DNA from: Nocardioides furvisabuli
Lineage (GTDB): Bacteria; Actinomycetota; Actinomycetes; Propionibacteriales; Nocardioidaceae
Direction of reading: 5' to 3'
Length of the DNA: 64,000 bases
NCBI GenBank assembly: GCA_964021995.1
Contig: CAXHZJ010000013.1
Coordinates: forward strand, 52,182-116,181
The stretch's first letter is position 1. Each line of letters begins with the position of its first letter. This document shows positions 1-10,976 of the stretch, one piece after another. Both the position numbers and the translations under genes were made by a program. The notes beneath the pieces were generated by a model that saw only the letters and a list, made by a program, of their open reading frames with translations, was not told the origin of the DNA and did no database searches.

Positions 1-5
1 TCCGC

Positions 6-353
6 GTGGTCCGCGCCCGGGCCGCACTCGTGCTCGGCGGCCAGGCGGTCGAGGCCGCGCGGCTGCTCGGGCTCGGCTGGGGCCACGTGGTCAGGCGCCA
101 CCTGTGGCCGGCGGTGCGTCCGCTGCTGCTGACCCTGGCCTCGCTCGGCATGGTCACCTCGATCCTGGCGATGTCGACCCTCGGCTTCGTCAAGGTCGGT
201 CTCCAGCCGCCGCGGGCCGAGCTCGGCCTGATGGTCACCGAGGCGTTCCCGTTCTACGACGTGGCGCCGTGGCTCTCGCTCGCGCCGGTCGCCGTGCTGT
301 TCCTGCTCACCGCGGGCTTCCTCGGCCTGCGACACAAGGAGGTCACCTCGTGA
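6..353 (+). CDS. ABC transporter permease, peptide/nickel type (5' end probably outside the window)
   Basis: EAA-loop-like segment (EAARLLG), hydrophobic helices and a DppC-like C-terminus (PPRAELGLMV...PW); overlaps the start of an ABC ATPase gene. Confidence 0.8.
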   Translation: MVRARAALVLGGQAVEAARLLGLGWGHVVRRHLWPAVRPLLLTLASLGMVTSILAMSTLGFVKVGLQPPRAELGLMVTEAFPFYDVAPWLSLAPVAVLFLLTAGFLGLRHKEVTS

Positions 354-1774
354 CGACGCTGGAGATGCACGACGTGGTCGTGACCCACGCCGGTCGCCGA
401 CTGGTCGACGTGCCCCGGAACCGCCTCGAGCAGGGCCGGCCGCTCACGGTCGTCGGCGAGAGCGGGTCGGGCAAGTCCCTGCTGGCCCACGCCCTGATGG
501 GCACGCTCGCGGCCACGCTGGAGGTGGACGGCAAGCTCGACCTCGACGGCCGGCTGCTGCCGCTGTCCGAGCGGGCCAACCGGCGCCAGCTGTGGGGGCG
601 CGACATCAGCATGCTGCCTCAGGAGCCGGCCCTCGCGCTCGACCCCACGATGCGGGTCGGACGCCAGGTCGAGGAGGGCGCGCTCGGCGTCTCGACGCAG
701 GCCGCGCGCGAGCGGGCCGTCGCGGCGCTGGCGGACGTCGGGCTGGCCGGCTCGGCACGCTCCTATCCGCACACCCTGTCCGGCGGCATGGCCCAGCGGG
801 TGGCGTACGCCGCCGCGACGGTCGGTGGCGCCCGGGTGCTGGTGGTCGACGAGCCGTCCAAGGGCCTCGACCCGGCCTCGGTCGACCAGCTCGCGGCGCT
901 GCTGCGTCGCCACGTCGACGCCGGCGGGCTGTTGCTGACGATCACCCACGACCTGCGCCTGGCCGCAGCGCTGGGGGGCGACGTCGCGGTGATGCGCGAC
1001 GCCGAGGTGGTCGAGCACGGTGCCGCCACCGAGGTGCTGGAGCATCCCGTCCACGCCTACAGCCGCCGGCTCGTCGCAGCCGACCCCGCGCGGTGGCGCC
1101 ACCCGTGGCAGCGCACCGGCTGGACGCCGACGGGCGAGCCGCTGGTCGCGGCGACCGGCATCAGCAAGGCCTACGGCGAGCAGGTGCTCTTCGCCGACCT
1201 CGACGTGCGGGTGCACGCGGGGGAGCGGGTCGCGCTGAGCGGCCCGAGCGGCGTCGGCAAGACCACGCTCGGCGGGGCGCTGCTCCGGCTCGTCCGGGTG
1301 GACGCCGGGCGGGTCGTCTACCAAGCGCCGCTGGCGGGCCGGGTGCAGAAGCTCTACCAGGACCCGGCGCTCTCCTTCCCCGCACTGGTGCCGATCGAGG
1401 CCGGGCTGCGCGACGTCGTACGCCGCCACGGTGCCGACCCGCAGCGCGTCGAGCAGCTGGTCGACGACCTGCGCCTGGCGCCCGAGCTGCTCGGGCGGCG
1501 TCCGTCGGAGGTGTCGGGCGGCGAGCTCCAGCGCCTCGCCATCGCGCGGATGCTGCTCGCGCGACCCGCGTTGGTGCTGGCCGACGAGGCGACCTCGCGG
1601 CTCGACCTGCTCACCCAGGAGGTGACGACCGATGCGCTGGTGCGCGAGATCGGCGACGCGGCGCTGGTGATGGTGACGCACGACAGCGCACTGGCCGAGG
1701 CGGTCGCCGACACCCACCTGTACCTGTCAGGCGAGGTGAGTCAGCTCCCGCAGGGCTACCCGTTGGTAACATGA
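350..1774 (+). CDS. ABC transporter ATP-binding protein with two ATPase domains
   Basis: Two Walker A motifs (GESGSGKS, GPSGVGKT), signatures LSGGMAQ and VSGGELQ, Walker B VVDEP/LADEA; GTG start at 350 overlaps the upstream TGA. Confidence 0.9.
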   Translation: MTTLEMHDVVVTHAGRRLVDVPRNRLEQGRPLTVVGESGSGKSLLAHALMGTLAATLEVDGKLDLDGRLLPLSERANRRQLWGRDISMLPQEPALALDPTMRVGRQVEEGALGVSTQAARERAVAALADVGLAGSARSYPHTLSGGMAQRVAYAAATVGGARVLVVDEPSKGLDPASVDQLAALLRRHVDAGGLLLTITHDLRLAAALGGDVAVMRDAEVVEHGAATEVLEHPVHAYSRRLVAADPARWRHPWQRTGWTPTGEPLVAATGISKAYGEQVLFADLDVRVHAGERVALSGPSGVGKTTLGGALLRLVRVDAGRVVYQAPLAGRVQKLYQDPALSFPALVPIEAGLRDVVRRHGADPQRVEQLVDDLRLAPELLGRRPSEVSGGELQRLAIARMLLARPALVLADEATSRLDLLTQEVTTDALVREIGDAALVMVTHDSALAEAVADTHLYLSGEVSQLPQGYPLVT

Positions 1775-2250
1775 GTGGCATGCCTGCCGTCCTCGACCTC
1801 TGGAAGAAGACCTCCGCGCTGCCCCTGGGCGACCGGGTCTTCTCGATCGCCTTCAGCCAGAAGGCGCCGTACTTCGCCAGCATCCGCCCGCGCTTCACCG
1901 TCATCGAGCCGCACCGCGCCGAGCTCGTCATCCGTGACCGCCGTCGCGTGCACAACCACATCGGGACGGTGCACGCGATCGCGCTGTGCAACGGGCTCGA
2001 GGCGGCGATGGGCGCACTCGCGGAGTCGACGATCCCGCGCGGCCAGCGCTGGATCCCGCAGGGCATGGAGGTGACCTACACGGCCAAGGCCGGCTCCGAC
2101 ATCACCTGCATCGCCGAGACGGACCCCGAGCAGTGGCTCGCCGACGCCGGTGAGGGCTACCACCTGCCGGTGCGGGTGCGGGGCGTGCGCACCGACGGCA
2201 CGGTCGTGGTCGAGGGCGAGATCCGGCTCTGGGTGACCGCGAAGCGCTAG
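1771..2250 (+). CDS. Hotdog-fold thioesterase-like protein (DUF4442/PaaI-like)
   Basis: NHIGTVHAIALCN motif typical of hotdog-fold proteins; ATGA overlap with the upstream gene. Confidence 0.75.
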   Translation: MSGMPAVLDLWKKTSALPLGDRVFSIAFSQKAPYFASIRPRFTVIEPHRAELVIRDRRRVHNHIGTVHAIALCNGLEAAMGALAESTIPRGQRWIPQGMEVTYTAKAGSDITCIAETDPEQWLADAGEGYHLPVRVRGVRTDGTVVVEGEIRLWVTAKR

Positions 2251-2309
2251 GTCCGCGACCGGGCACTCCCTCGCGCTGCACGGAAGTGCCCGCTCGGCGT
2301 GTGCCAGCG

Positions 2310-2339
2310 CGAGGAAGCGCCCGCTCGGTCGCTTCCTCG
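2310..2339. terminator. Hairpin between convergent genes
   Basis: 10-bp inverted repeat CGAGGAAGCG / CGCTTCCTCG in the intergenic region. Confidence 0.4.
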
Positions 2340-2354
2340 GGATGCCGGGAAGCG

Positions 2355-3239
2355 TTAGGCGGTGCCCTCCGCCGCGGTGGCGGGTGCGGTAGTGACGCTG
2401 GGCCGGCCGGCGCGTGAGAGCCGGCGCTCGGTCCACGTGGCCAGCAGCGACAGCGCGTAGTTGATGGCGATGAAGATGGCGCCGATGACGAACAGCGTCT
2501 GGATCGGGTTGTCGAGGTTGAGCGAGATCAGGTTCCCGCGGCGAAGGAGCTCGGTGTAGAGCGCTAGCACGGCAGCGAGTGAGGTGTCCTTCAGGATCAC
2601 GACCAGCTGACTGATCAGCGCCGGCAGCATGGTGCGGAACGCCTGGGGGAGCTGGACCGTGGCCATCGCCTGGCGGGGAGTCATGCCCACGGCCAGGGCC
2701 GCCTCCGCCTGTCCCCGGGGGAGAGCTGCCACGCCGGCGCGCAGGATCTCGGCGATGATCACCATGTTGTAGAGGGTCAGCCCGATCACGAGGAACCACA
2801 GGCCGTCCGAGCCTGGGAGCCAGGAGATGTCGATGTCCAGTGACCGGACCAGGATGTAGACGTAGAAGATCGTGACGATGACCGGGAGCCCGCGCAGGAG
2901 CTCGACCAGGCCGACGAGCGGGACCCGCTGCCACTTGCCCAGCAACATCCGGGCAGTGCCCAGAGCGGTGCCGAGCACCAGCGACAGGACGATGGCGAGC
3001 GCTGCGGCGGTCACCGTTGCGGTGAGCCCCTGCCCGATCAGTCGCCACACCGCCGCGAAGTTGTCGTCGCCGGGGTTGAGCAGCGGCGACCAGAGCTCGG
3101 CGTCGAACTGACCCCGGTCGGCCAGGCGCTTGACGGCCACGCCGATGAGGGCGAGCAGGGCCGCGGAGGCGATGACGGTGCCGATGAGGGCACGGCGGCG
3201 GGCGCGGGGCCCGGGCTCGTCGTACAGGACGTTGGTCAT
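2355..3239 (-). CDS. gluD: Glutamate ABC transporter permease
   Basis: Polar amino-acid permease motifs (RGLP, AEILRAGV, LPQAFRTMLPAL, KDTSL); start MTNVLYDEPG overlaps the gluC stop. Confidence 0.8.
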   Translation of the reverse strand: MTNVLYDEPGPRARRRALIGTVIASAALLALIGVAVKRLADRGQFDAELWSPLLNPGDDNFAAVWRLIGQGLTATVTAAALAIVLSLVLGTALGTARMLLGKWQRVPLVGLVELLRGLPVIVTIFYVYILVRSLDIDISWLPGSDGLWFLVIGLTLYNMVIIAEILRAGVAALPRGQAEAALAVGMTPRQAMATVQLPQAFRTMLPALISQLVVILKDTSLAAVLALYTELLRRGNLISLNLDNPIQTLFVIGAIFIAINYALSLLATWTERRLSRAGRPSVTTAPATAAEGTA

Positions 3240-3886
3240 CGCGCGATCGCCAGCCTTCGCTCGGTCACGGCCAAGGCGATGCCGGCCGGGATGGTGATGC
3301 ACAGGTAGCCGATGGCGACACCGGTGATGACCGGGAGGCCGTCATAGCCCTGTGCGCTGGAGAGGTTGCGGTAGACCGACCACAGGTCCTGGCCGACGCC
3401 GAAGGCGCCCACGATTGCCGAGTTCTTGAACATAGCGATGATGACGCTGCCGAGCGGGGGGACGGTGCTGCGGAAGGCCTGGGGCAGGATGACCTGGCCG
3501 AGCGACTGGGTGAAGGTGAGCCCGATAGCCCGCGCCGCCTCGGCCTGGCCCGCGCCGACCGAGTTGATGCCCGAGCGGATCGCCTCACAGACGAACGCGC
3601 TGGTGTAGATCACCAGGGCGGTGACGCCGAAGAAGTAGTAGGACCGGTTGATGCCGATCTCGGGCAGGCCGAAGGCCATGAAGAACAGGACGACGGTCAG
3701 CGGGCAGTTCCTGATCAGGGTCACCCACGCGGTGCCGAACGCGCGCAGTGCCGGAACGGGTGAGACGCGGAACGCCGCGATCACCGTGCCGAGCGCCAAC
3801 GAGCCGACCATGGCCCACAGGCAGATGCCGAGGGATCGGATGAAGCCGGACCAGAACAGGTCCAGGTTGTCGAAGACCGCGTCCAC
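3236..3886 (-). CDS. gluC: Glutamate ABC transporter permease
   Basis: RNCPL, EAIRSGINSV..GQAEAARAIG and LPQAFR motifs; operon position. Confidence 0.8.
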   Translation of the reverse strand: MDAVFDNLDLFWSGFIRSLGICLWAMVGSLALGTVIAAFRVSPVPALRAFGTAWVTLIRNCPLTVVLFFMAFGLPEIGINRSYYFFGVTALVIYTSAFVCEAIRSGINSVGAGQAEAARAIGLTFTQSLGQVILPQAFRSTVPPLGSVIIAMFKNSAIVGAFGVGQDLWSVYRNLSSAQGYDGLPVITGVAIGYLCITIPAGIALAVTERRLAIAR

Positions 3887-3955
3887 CGGGGCCCTTTCAG
3901 ATGGTGCGGTCGGGGCGGCGCGTGGCGCGCCACCCCGACCGGGTGGGACTGGAGA

Positions 3956-4837
3956 TCAGGAACAGGCGGCCGGCTCGGGGAGCTCGGGGGTCTCGGTGCC
4001 CTCGACCTCACCTGCGGTGGCCTCCCAAGCAGCGAGGTAGGCGTCCTCGTTGTCGGCGAGGGTCTCGTTGATGAACTCGCAGAACTCGACGTCGCCCTTC
4101 TCGATGCCGATGCCGTAGGGCTCCTCGGTGAACTGCTCGCCCACGAGCTTGAAGGCACCCTCGTACTCGTCCACGAAGCCGAGCAGGATCACGTTGTCGG
4201 TGGTGACGACGTCGACCTGACCGTTCTCGAGGGCGTCGGCGCACTTGTCGTAGACGTCGAAGAGCACGAGCTGGTCCTCGCTCGCGAGGTACTCCTTGAT
4301 GGTCTCCGACGGCGTCGAACCGGTCACGGAGCAGACCTTGGCGTCCGGGTTTTCGGCCAGGTCCTCGGGGGTCTCGATGGCGTCGTTGTCCGCGGCGACC
4401 ATCAGCATCTGGCCGGCCTCGTAGTAGGGGCCGGCGAAGGTGATGCGCTCCTTGCGCTCGTCGTTGATCGTGTAGGTGGCGACGACATAGTCGACCTCAC
4501 CGTCCTCGATCACCTGCTCGCGGATGTCGGAGGTGCTCTCCTTCCACTCGATGTCCTCGGGAGCAATACCCATCGCGCCGGCGATGATCTTGGCGACCTC
4601 GACGTCGAAGCCCTCGGGCTCGCCCTCGAGGTTCTGCAGGCCGAAGCCGGGCTGGTCGAACTTGGTGCCCACGGTGACGGTGCCCGCCTCGGCGATCTCC
4701 GCCATGGTGGTGCCGGCCTCGAACTCGGTGTCGGTCGCGACCTCCACCTCGGTGTCGCCGTCGTCGCCACCGCACGCGGCCAGCGACAGGGCGAGCCCGG
4801 TCGCGGCGACGAGCGCCTTGGTCCTGGTGAATCGCAT
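3956..4837 (-). CDS. gluB: Glutamate ABC transporter substrate-binding lipoprotein
   Basis: Lipobox LAAC, GTKFDQPGFG, ATYTINDERK and FAGPYY motifs of family 3 binding proteins. Confidence 0.85.
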   Translation of the reverse strand: MRFTRTKALVAATGLALSLAACGGDDGDTEVEVATDTEFEAGTTMAEIAEAGTVTVGTKFDQPGFGLQNLEGEPEGFDVEVAKIIAGAMGIAPEDIEWKESTSDIREQVIEDGEVDYVVATYTINDERKERITFAGPYYEAGQMLMVAADNDAIETPEDLAENPDAKVCSVTGSTPSETIKEYLASEDQLVLFDVYDKCADALENGQVDVVTTDNVILLGFVDEYEGAFKLVGEQFTEEPYGIGIEKGDVEFCEFINETLADNEDAYLAAWEATAGEVEGTETPELPEPAACS

Positions 4838-4898
4838 TGCTTCTCCTTCTGTCCCGAGCCGGAACGGATCCGGCCCCCGTGGTTGATGGATCAGTGAG

Positions 4899-5675
<777 letters not shown>

Positions 5676-5734
5676 AGCCGCAACCTATCGGCACGTAGCC
5701 CCGACGGGCCATCGACCACCGCCCACATGGGCCA

Positions 5735-6232
5735 TCACAAAGTGGTGACGATTCCCGCGTCCGGGTCCCACCGGCGCAGCGAGTCGAGGGTGATCACAGC
5801 GTCCTCGTGGCCGACGGCCTCCAGTGCCGCGGGCACGTCGGCGCGGTCCAGGCGCCGCGCGAGGGTGACGTGAGGCAGCCATCCCACGTGCTGCACGTCC
5901 GGCACCGCGGCACGCAGGTCGAGCACTGCTCGCACCAGTGCGTCGGGCACGTCGACGAGGCGTACGAGCGAGACGCGGGCGCCGCCGAGCAGCGCGACGC
6001 CGGCGGGTCGCACCTGCATCGGGAGCAGTGCGGCGACCAGCTCGACGGCCCGCTCCTCGTCCTCGGCGCGCAGGGCCGGCGCCGCCAGCACGGTCACGTG
6101 CGGGCTGTTGGTCTCGCCGCGGTGGTCGAGCTGCGAGGGCAGCCCGGCGTCGCGCAGTGCCTGCCATTCGCGGCGTACGACGTCGCAGCCGGCGTCGTCG
6201 GGCAGCAGCTCGAGCGCGTGCATCCGGGGCAT
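5735..6232 (-). CDS. 2'-5' RNA ligase-like (2H phosphoesterase) protein
   Basis: Two HxT motifs (PHVTV, PHVTL). Confidence 0.75.
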   Translation of the reverse strand: MPRMHALELLPDDAGCDVVRREWQALRDAGLPSQLDHRGETNSPHVTVLAAPALRAEDEERAVELVAALLPMQVRPAGVALLGGARVSLVRLVDVPDALVRAVLDLRAAVPDVQHVGWLPHVTLARRLDRADVPAALEAVGHEDAVITLDSLRRWDPDAGIVTTL

Positions 6233-6265
6233 GCCCGCGAGCCTAGGCGTCGAGGGCGACCTCGC

Positions 6266-7588
6266 TCAGGCGCGCTTCTTCGCGACCTTGCGTCCGCGGG
6301 TGACGCGCACCGACTCCTGCGACGAGGCGTTGAAGACGCGGACCCAGTCGACCTGCGCGGTGTCGGAGACCTCGTCGGCGGTGAGCTCGTGGAGCTCGTA
6401 GTCGGAGGTGAGGTTCGACAGCACGAGGTACTGGTCGGCCTGGGAGACCGCGCCGGTCTCGCGGTAGTACTCGCGGCCGTCGACGCGGAAGATGTACTCG
6501 GTGGGGGTCCACTCGACGGAGAAGACGTGGAACTCGTCCCACCACGATCGGCCCTTGCCCAGCACCTGGCGGGCGTCCTTGAAGGTGTCGCCGAGGCTGA
6601 CCTTGTCCCAGCCGGCCTCGTAGTAGTGGATGTGCGAGCCGATGGTCTCGTTGCCGCGGCCGTTCTCGCCGAAGAACTCCATGACGTCGATCTCGGCGCC
6701 GGCGGCCGGCACGCCGTCGGTGTACTTCGTGCCGCTCGGCAGCAGCCAGAGACCGGAGTGCATGCCCTTGGCGCGCTGGGGCTTGATGCGCGCGGCGACG
6801 ATGCCGTGGCGGAAGAAGCGGGTGTGCTCGGTCGCGACCTGGCTGTTGAGCAGGTAGGGGCTGGTGCCCGAGGTGCGGGGCGAGGTGTAGTCGCACGGCA
6901 GGCCGGCGCGGGCCGGGTCGAGCGCGACACCGAGGTGCAGCACGCCCTCGCCGACGCGGCGCGCGGACGGGTCGACGCGGGCGCAGGTGCGGGGCGCGTA
7001 CACGCTCTCGTGCTCGCGCTTCTGGTCGTTCCACACGGTCGTGTCGAGCGTGGTGCCGGAGAAGGTGTCCTCGAACTGCGGCGTCCAGCGGGTGGTGGTC
7101 ACGCTGCCGGTCACCCAGGTGCGTCCGCCGGTGGTGGTCCGGGCGCGGTAGGTGCCCGGGGCCGGGGAGAAGGCGGCCGAGCCCCAGCTGTCCTCGGTGC
7201 TGGTGGTGACGGCCTTCCAGCCGCGCGCGGTCTGGCGCTCGAGGGTGACCTTGCGGCCCGGGTCGGCCGGGGTGAAGGTGGCGACGAGCGAGCCGTTGTC
7301 CGACGGGGCCGCGGGGGAGAGGCCGGGCTGGACCACCGGCGGGAGCGAGGCGAGCGTGCCGCGCACCGACACCTTGCGGGCCTTCGCGCCCTTGCTGCCG
7401 TGCTTGTTGCCCTGCTTGGCGCCCTGCTTCGCACCCTGCTTGGCGCCCTGCTTGCTGGTCACCGTCCCCTCGGCGTGGGCAACGACCTGGAGCGACGAAA
7501 GCAACAGGACGGTGACAACGAGTCCGAACGTCCCCATCCGCACGAAACGGGCGGCGTTGGTGTGGACGCGGGCGCTGGTGAGGCTCAC
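6266..7588 (-). CDS. Secreted glycoside hydrolase family 16 with N-terminal basic domain
   Basis: Catalytic EIDVME motif, WLLP, FHVFSVEWTP and VDWVRV; signal-peptide-like N-terminus followed by KQGA repeats. Confidence 0.8.
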   Translation of the reverse strand: MSLTSARVHTNAARFVRMGTFGLVVTVLLLSSLQVVAHAEGTVTSKQGAKQGAKQGAKQGNKHGSKGAKARKVSVRGTLASLPPVVQPGLSPAAPSDNGSLVATFTPADPGRKVTLERQTARGWKAVTTSTEDSWGSAAFSPAPGTYRARTTTGGRTWVTGSVTTTRWTPQFEDTFSGTTLDTTVWNDQKREHESVYAPRTCARVDPSARRVGEGVLHLGVALDPARAGLPCDYTSPRTSGTSPYLLNSQVATEHTRFFRHGIVAARIKPQRAKGMHSGLWLLPSGTKYTDGVPAAGAEIDVMEFFGENGRGNETIGSHIHYYEAGWDKVSLGDTFKDARQVLGKGRSWWDEFHVFSVEWTPTEYIFRVDGREYYRETGAVSQADQYLVLSNLTSDYELHELTADEVSDTAQVDWVRVFNASSQESVRVTRGRKVAKKRA

Positions 7589-7844
7589 GGAACTCTCCTG
7601 ATCAGCGGGCGAGCGGTGCCCGGGCCGCCGATTCCGGAGGATGGGTTGTTACCGCTTTGTGGATGACTTGATCCGATCTTGAACAGACACGAGGGAAAAC
7701 TAGGCATTACTGAGGAGTAATGACCCATTTGTGCACGGAAATGGCCTGGACGGGTGGCGTGGCGGTGTGGGTGGCCGTCGGGACCGTGCCGGGAGCCAGC
7801 GGGATTCCCGCGGCCCCGGGCGCTCGCCGTACGCTGGGCGGGTC

Positions 7845-9344
7845 ATGAACGCACCCCACGCACCCTCGCGCACCTACGAGGTCAAGACCCACGGCTGCCA
7901 GATGAACGTCCACGACTCCGAGCGGCTCAGCGGCCTGCTGGAGGACGCGGGCTACGTCCGCGCCGGGCGCGAGGAGCAGGCCGACGTCGTCGTGTTCAAC
8001 ACCTGTGCGGTGCGCGAGAACGCCGACAACAAGCTGTACGGCAACCTCGGCCAGCTCGCCTCGGTCAAGGCCGTCACGCCCGGCATGCAGATCGCCGTCG
8101 GAGGCTGCCTGGCACAGAAGGACCGCGAGACCATCACGACCAAGGCCCCGTGGGTCGACGTCGTGTTCGGCACCCACAACATCGGGTCGCTCCCCGTGCT
8201 GCTGGAGCGGGCGCGGGTGGCCGAGGAGGCCCAGGTCGAGATCCTGGAGTCCCTGTCGGTCTTCCCCTCGACGCTGCCGACGCGGCGCGAGTCGGCGTAC
8301 GCCGCCTGGGTGTCGATCTCCGTCGGGTGCAACAACACCTGCACCTTCTGCATCGTCCCGTCGTTGCGCGGCAAGGAGAAGGACCGCCGTCCCGGCGAGA
8401 TCCTCGCCGAGATCGAGGCGCTGGTCGCCGAGGGCGTCACCGAGATCACCCTGCTGGGCCAGAACGTCAATGCCTACGGTGTGGAGTTCGGCGACCGCCA
8501 GGCCTTCTCCAAGCTGCTGCGCGCGTGCGGCCAGGTCGAGGGCCTCGAGCGGGTGCGCTTCACCTCACCGCACCCGGCCGAGTTCACCGACGACGTCATC
8601 GAGGCCATGGCCGAGACGCCCAACGTGATGCCGTCGCTGCACATGCCGCTGCAGTCCGGGTCCGACAAGGTGCTGCGCGACATGCGCCGGTCCTACCGCT
8701 CCTCGAAGTTCCTCGGCATCATCGAGCGGGTCCGCGCCGCCATCCCGGACGCCGCGATCACCACCGACATCATCGTCGGCTTCCCCGGTGAGACCGAGGA
8801 GGACTTCCAGGCCACGCTCGACGTGGTGCGCGCCGCGCGCTTCTCCTCCGCCTTCACCTTCCAGTACTCCAAGCGCCCCGGCACGCCCGCCGAGACCCTC
8901 GACGACCAGGTCGCGCCTGAGGTCGTCAAGGACCGCTACCTCCGCCTCGCCGCCGTCGTCGACGAGGTCGCCTGGGTCGAGGGCAAGGCGCTCGTCGGTC
9001 GCAGCGTGGAGCTGATGGTCTCCGAGGGCGAGGGCCGCAAGGACCTTGCCACTCGCCGCCTGTCCGGGCGGGCACCGGACAACCGCTTGGTGCACTTCGA
9101 GGCCGACTTCTCCGCGGTGCCCGAGGACTCGGTGCGGCCGGGCGACATGGTCACCGTCTCGGTCACCTACGCAGCCCCTCACCACCTCGTCGCCGACGGC
9201 CCGATCCGGTCCGTACGCCGCACGCGCGCGGGTGATGCGTGGGAGCGGCGTACGTCCGGGCCCCCCGCGCCGACCGGGGTCGGGCTCGGGATGCCGGGTG
9301 TCGGAGTGCCTGCCCCGCTGCCTCCGGCGCCTGCCTGCGGCTGA
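7845..9344 (+). CDS. miaB: tRNA-2-methylthio-N6-dimethylallyladenosine synthase
   Basis: GCQMN and NTCAVRE motifs, radical SAM CxxxCxxC (CNNTCTFC), C-terminal TRAM-like region. Confidence 0.97.
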   Translation: MNAPHAPSRTYEVKTHGCQMNVHDSERLSGLLEDAGYVRAGREEQADVVVFNTCAVRENADNKLYGNLGQLASVKAVTPGMQIAVGGCLAQKDRETITTKAPWVDVVFGTHNIGSLPVLLERARVAEEAQVEILESLSVFPSTLPTRRESAYAAWVSISVGCNNTCTFCIVPSLRGKEKDRRPGEILAEIEALVAEGVTEITLLGQNVNAYGVEFGDRQAFSKLLRACGQVEGLERVRFTSPHPAEFTDDVIEAMAETPNVMPSLHMPLQSGSDKVLRDMRRSYRSSKFLGIIERVRAAIPDAAITTDIIVGFPGETEEDFQATLDVVRAARFSSAFTFQYSKRPGTPAETLDDQVAPEVVKDRYLRLAAVVDEVAWVEGKALVGRSVELMVSEGEGRKDLATRRLSGRAPDNRLVHFEADFSAVPEDSVRPGDMVTVSVTYAAPHHLVADGPIRSVRRTRAGDAWERRTSGPPAPTGVGLGMPGVGVPAPLPPAPACG

Positions 9345-9375
9345 TCGTTCCTGCCGGCCCGGCCGGCCGGGTCCT

Positions 9376-9460
9376 CGTCGGATTCCCCGGGTACCCGGTG
9401 ATCGCAACCGCTGTGCGGTCACCGCGGTGCGGAATCCGCACCACAGACACCGCACAAGGC
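9376..9460 (+). repeat. Palindromic REP-like repeat, copy A
   Basis: CGTCGGATTCCCCGGGTACCCGGTGATCGC flank plus nested hairpin TGTGCGGT..GGTGCGG-N3-CCGCACC..ACCGCACA; similar to copies at 10487, 36190 and 37722. Confidence 0.85.
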
Positions 9461-9461
9461 C

Positions 9462-10427
9462 TCACCCCGCCAGGTCCAGCGAGTCCGGGCAGTCCGGGCA
9501 GCGGGTCGCCCGGCCCCACCAGCCGCGGGCCGCGAACAGCCCCCCGAGGCGTACGGCGGTCTCGCAGGGTCGTCCGAAGACCTGCCCCCACCCCAGGCGA
9601 ACGGTCGTGAGCCGGTCGACGGCAGCAGCGAGGTCGCGATCGAGGTCGGCGTCGTGCTGGGCGGCGGACGAGTGCCAGAGCCGACCGTCGAGCTCCACGG
9701 CCTGGTCGAGGTCGGGGTAGACGACGTCGCGGTAGAGCGGACCTCGCTGCGAGTCGCGCACCTGCCTCAGTCCGTCGGGCAGGCCGTGGGCGCGCTCGAC
9801 CCGCGTGAGGTAACCGTGCTCGAGCACGGAGCAGGTGCCGCGGTCGAGGTCACTGAGGACCGCACGCAGGAAGTCGCGCCGAGGGACTCGAGGCCGCAGG
9901 TCGAGGGCGTCGCGGATGCGGATCGGCAGGGTCCGCCGCGCCTGCAGGGCGTCGGCGAGCACCGCGACCGCCCCGAAGTCGTCCGGCTTCGCGACCGCGA
10001 CGTCGATCAGCGCCTCCTCGATCGCGACGCGCGGAGGGCTGGTGTTCCACATGACGCGGTCGGCGAAGCCCGACATCCGGTGGAGCCGGTATCCCGCCGG
10101 CACCCGCACCCGGTGGTCGCGGTCGACGGCGAGGTGGATCACCGAGTCGTCGCGACCGGCCCGGCCCGGCCCGTCAGCTGCGCGCAGGGCGCTGTCGTGG
10201 GACAGCGCCGCGGGCCAGGCGAGGTGCACACCGACCCACGCCCGCTGCAGCCACGTGAGGTCGCCGGTGTGGTCGACGAACACCCCGTCGTGGACGCGTA
10301 CGAGGTCGCGCCGGCGTACGAGCCGTTGCAGGTCGTGCGGCTTGAGGCGGGCGTCGGCGACGAGCTGGCGACGAGACACCACCCCGGACTGCAGGGAGAG
10401 CAGGTCGGCGTACGCGGCGAGGTCCAT
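9462..10427 (-). CDS. AbiEi-like antitoxin N-domain plus very-short-patch endonuclease-like (DUF559-type) C-domain
   Basis: N-terminal QSGVVSRRQL...LVRVHDGVF; C-terminal VELDGRLWH...DLDRD...VRLGW. Confidence 0.7.
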   Translation of the reverse strand: MDLAAYADLLSLQSGVVSRRQLVADARLKPHDLQRLVRRRDLVRVHDGVFVDHTGDLTWLQRAWVGVHLAWPAALSHDSALRAADGPGRAGRDDSVIHLAVDRDHRVRVPAGYRLHRMSGFADRVMWNTSPPRVAIEEALIDVAVAKPDDFGAVAVLADALQARRTLPIRIRDALDLRPRVPRRDFLRAVLSDLDRGTCSVLEHGYLTRVERAHGLPDGLRQVRDSQRGPLYRDVVYPDLDQAVELDGRLWHSSAAQHDADLDRDLAAAVDRLTTVRLGWGQVFGRPCETAVRLGGLFAARGWWGRATRCPDCPDSLDLAG

Positions 10428-10486
10428 CGGTCCATCGTCGGCAGCCGGGAGGGACCGCCGCCACCTCTGGCGCCGGGGCTGTGGAC

Positions 10487-10573
10487 AACCGCTGTGCGGT
10501 CACCGTGGTGCGGGATCCGCACCACGAGCACCGCACTGTCGTCGCGATCACCGGGTAGCCGGGGACTCCGACG
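10487..10573 (-). repeat. Palindromic REP-like repeat, copy B (inverted relative to A)
   Basis: Reverse complement begins CGTCGGAGTCCCCGGCTACCCGGTGATCGC, matching the copy A flank, followed by the same hairpin. Confidence 0.85.
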
Positions 10574-10597
10574 GACCGGCGGCGACCGGAGCACCCG

Positions 10598-10900
10598 TCA
10601 GGCAGGAGGCTCCGGCGACCCGTCCTCAGCCTCCTGGCCCGCCTCCGGCGACCCGCCGGAGGACGTCGATCCGGACTCCTCGTCGGAGCCGGCCTCCTCT
10701 TCGGGGGCCTGCGACTTGTCGTCGGCCTCGGAGATCTCCTCGGGCAGCACGTCGTCGACGGCGGGGTTGTCCTCGGGGTCGAGGTCGCGGGCCAGGCCGT
10801 TGTCGGCCGGGTCGTCGTGGAGCGCGTCCACCCCGCCCGGGACCAGTTGCGGCTCCTCGGCATAGGGCTCGGGCATCGGGCTCAGGTCGTCGTTGCTCAT
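10598..10900 (-). CDS. Small acidic hypothetical protein
   Basis: ORF with high-GC3 codon use; D/E/P-rich; ATG at 10900 chosen over upstream starts. Confidence 0.6.
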   Translation of the reverse strand: MSNDDLSPMPEPYAEEPQLVPGGVDALHDDPADNGLARDLDPEDNPAVDDVLPEEISEADDKSQAPEEEAGSDEESGSTSSGGSPEAGQEAEDGSPEPPA

Positions 10901-10976
10901 CGGGTTCCCTCCCATGGGTCGATCCTGCATCCTGTCTGTCCGCACCGTGCTGCGGCCACCCCCGAGGGGCGGGGCC

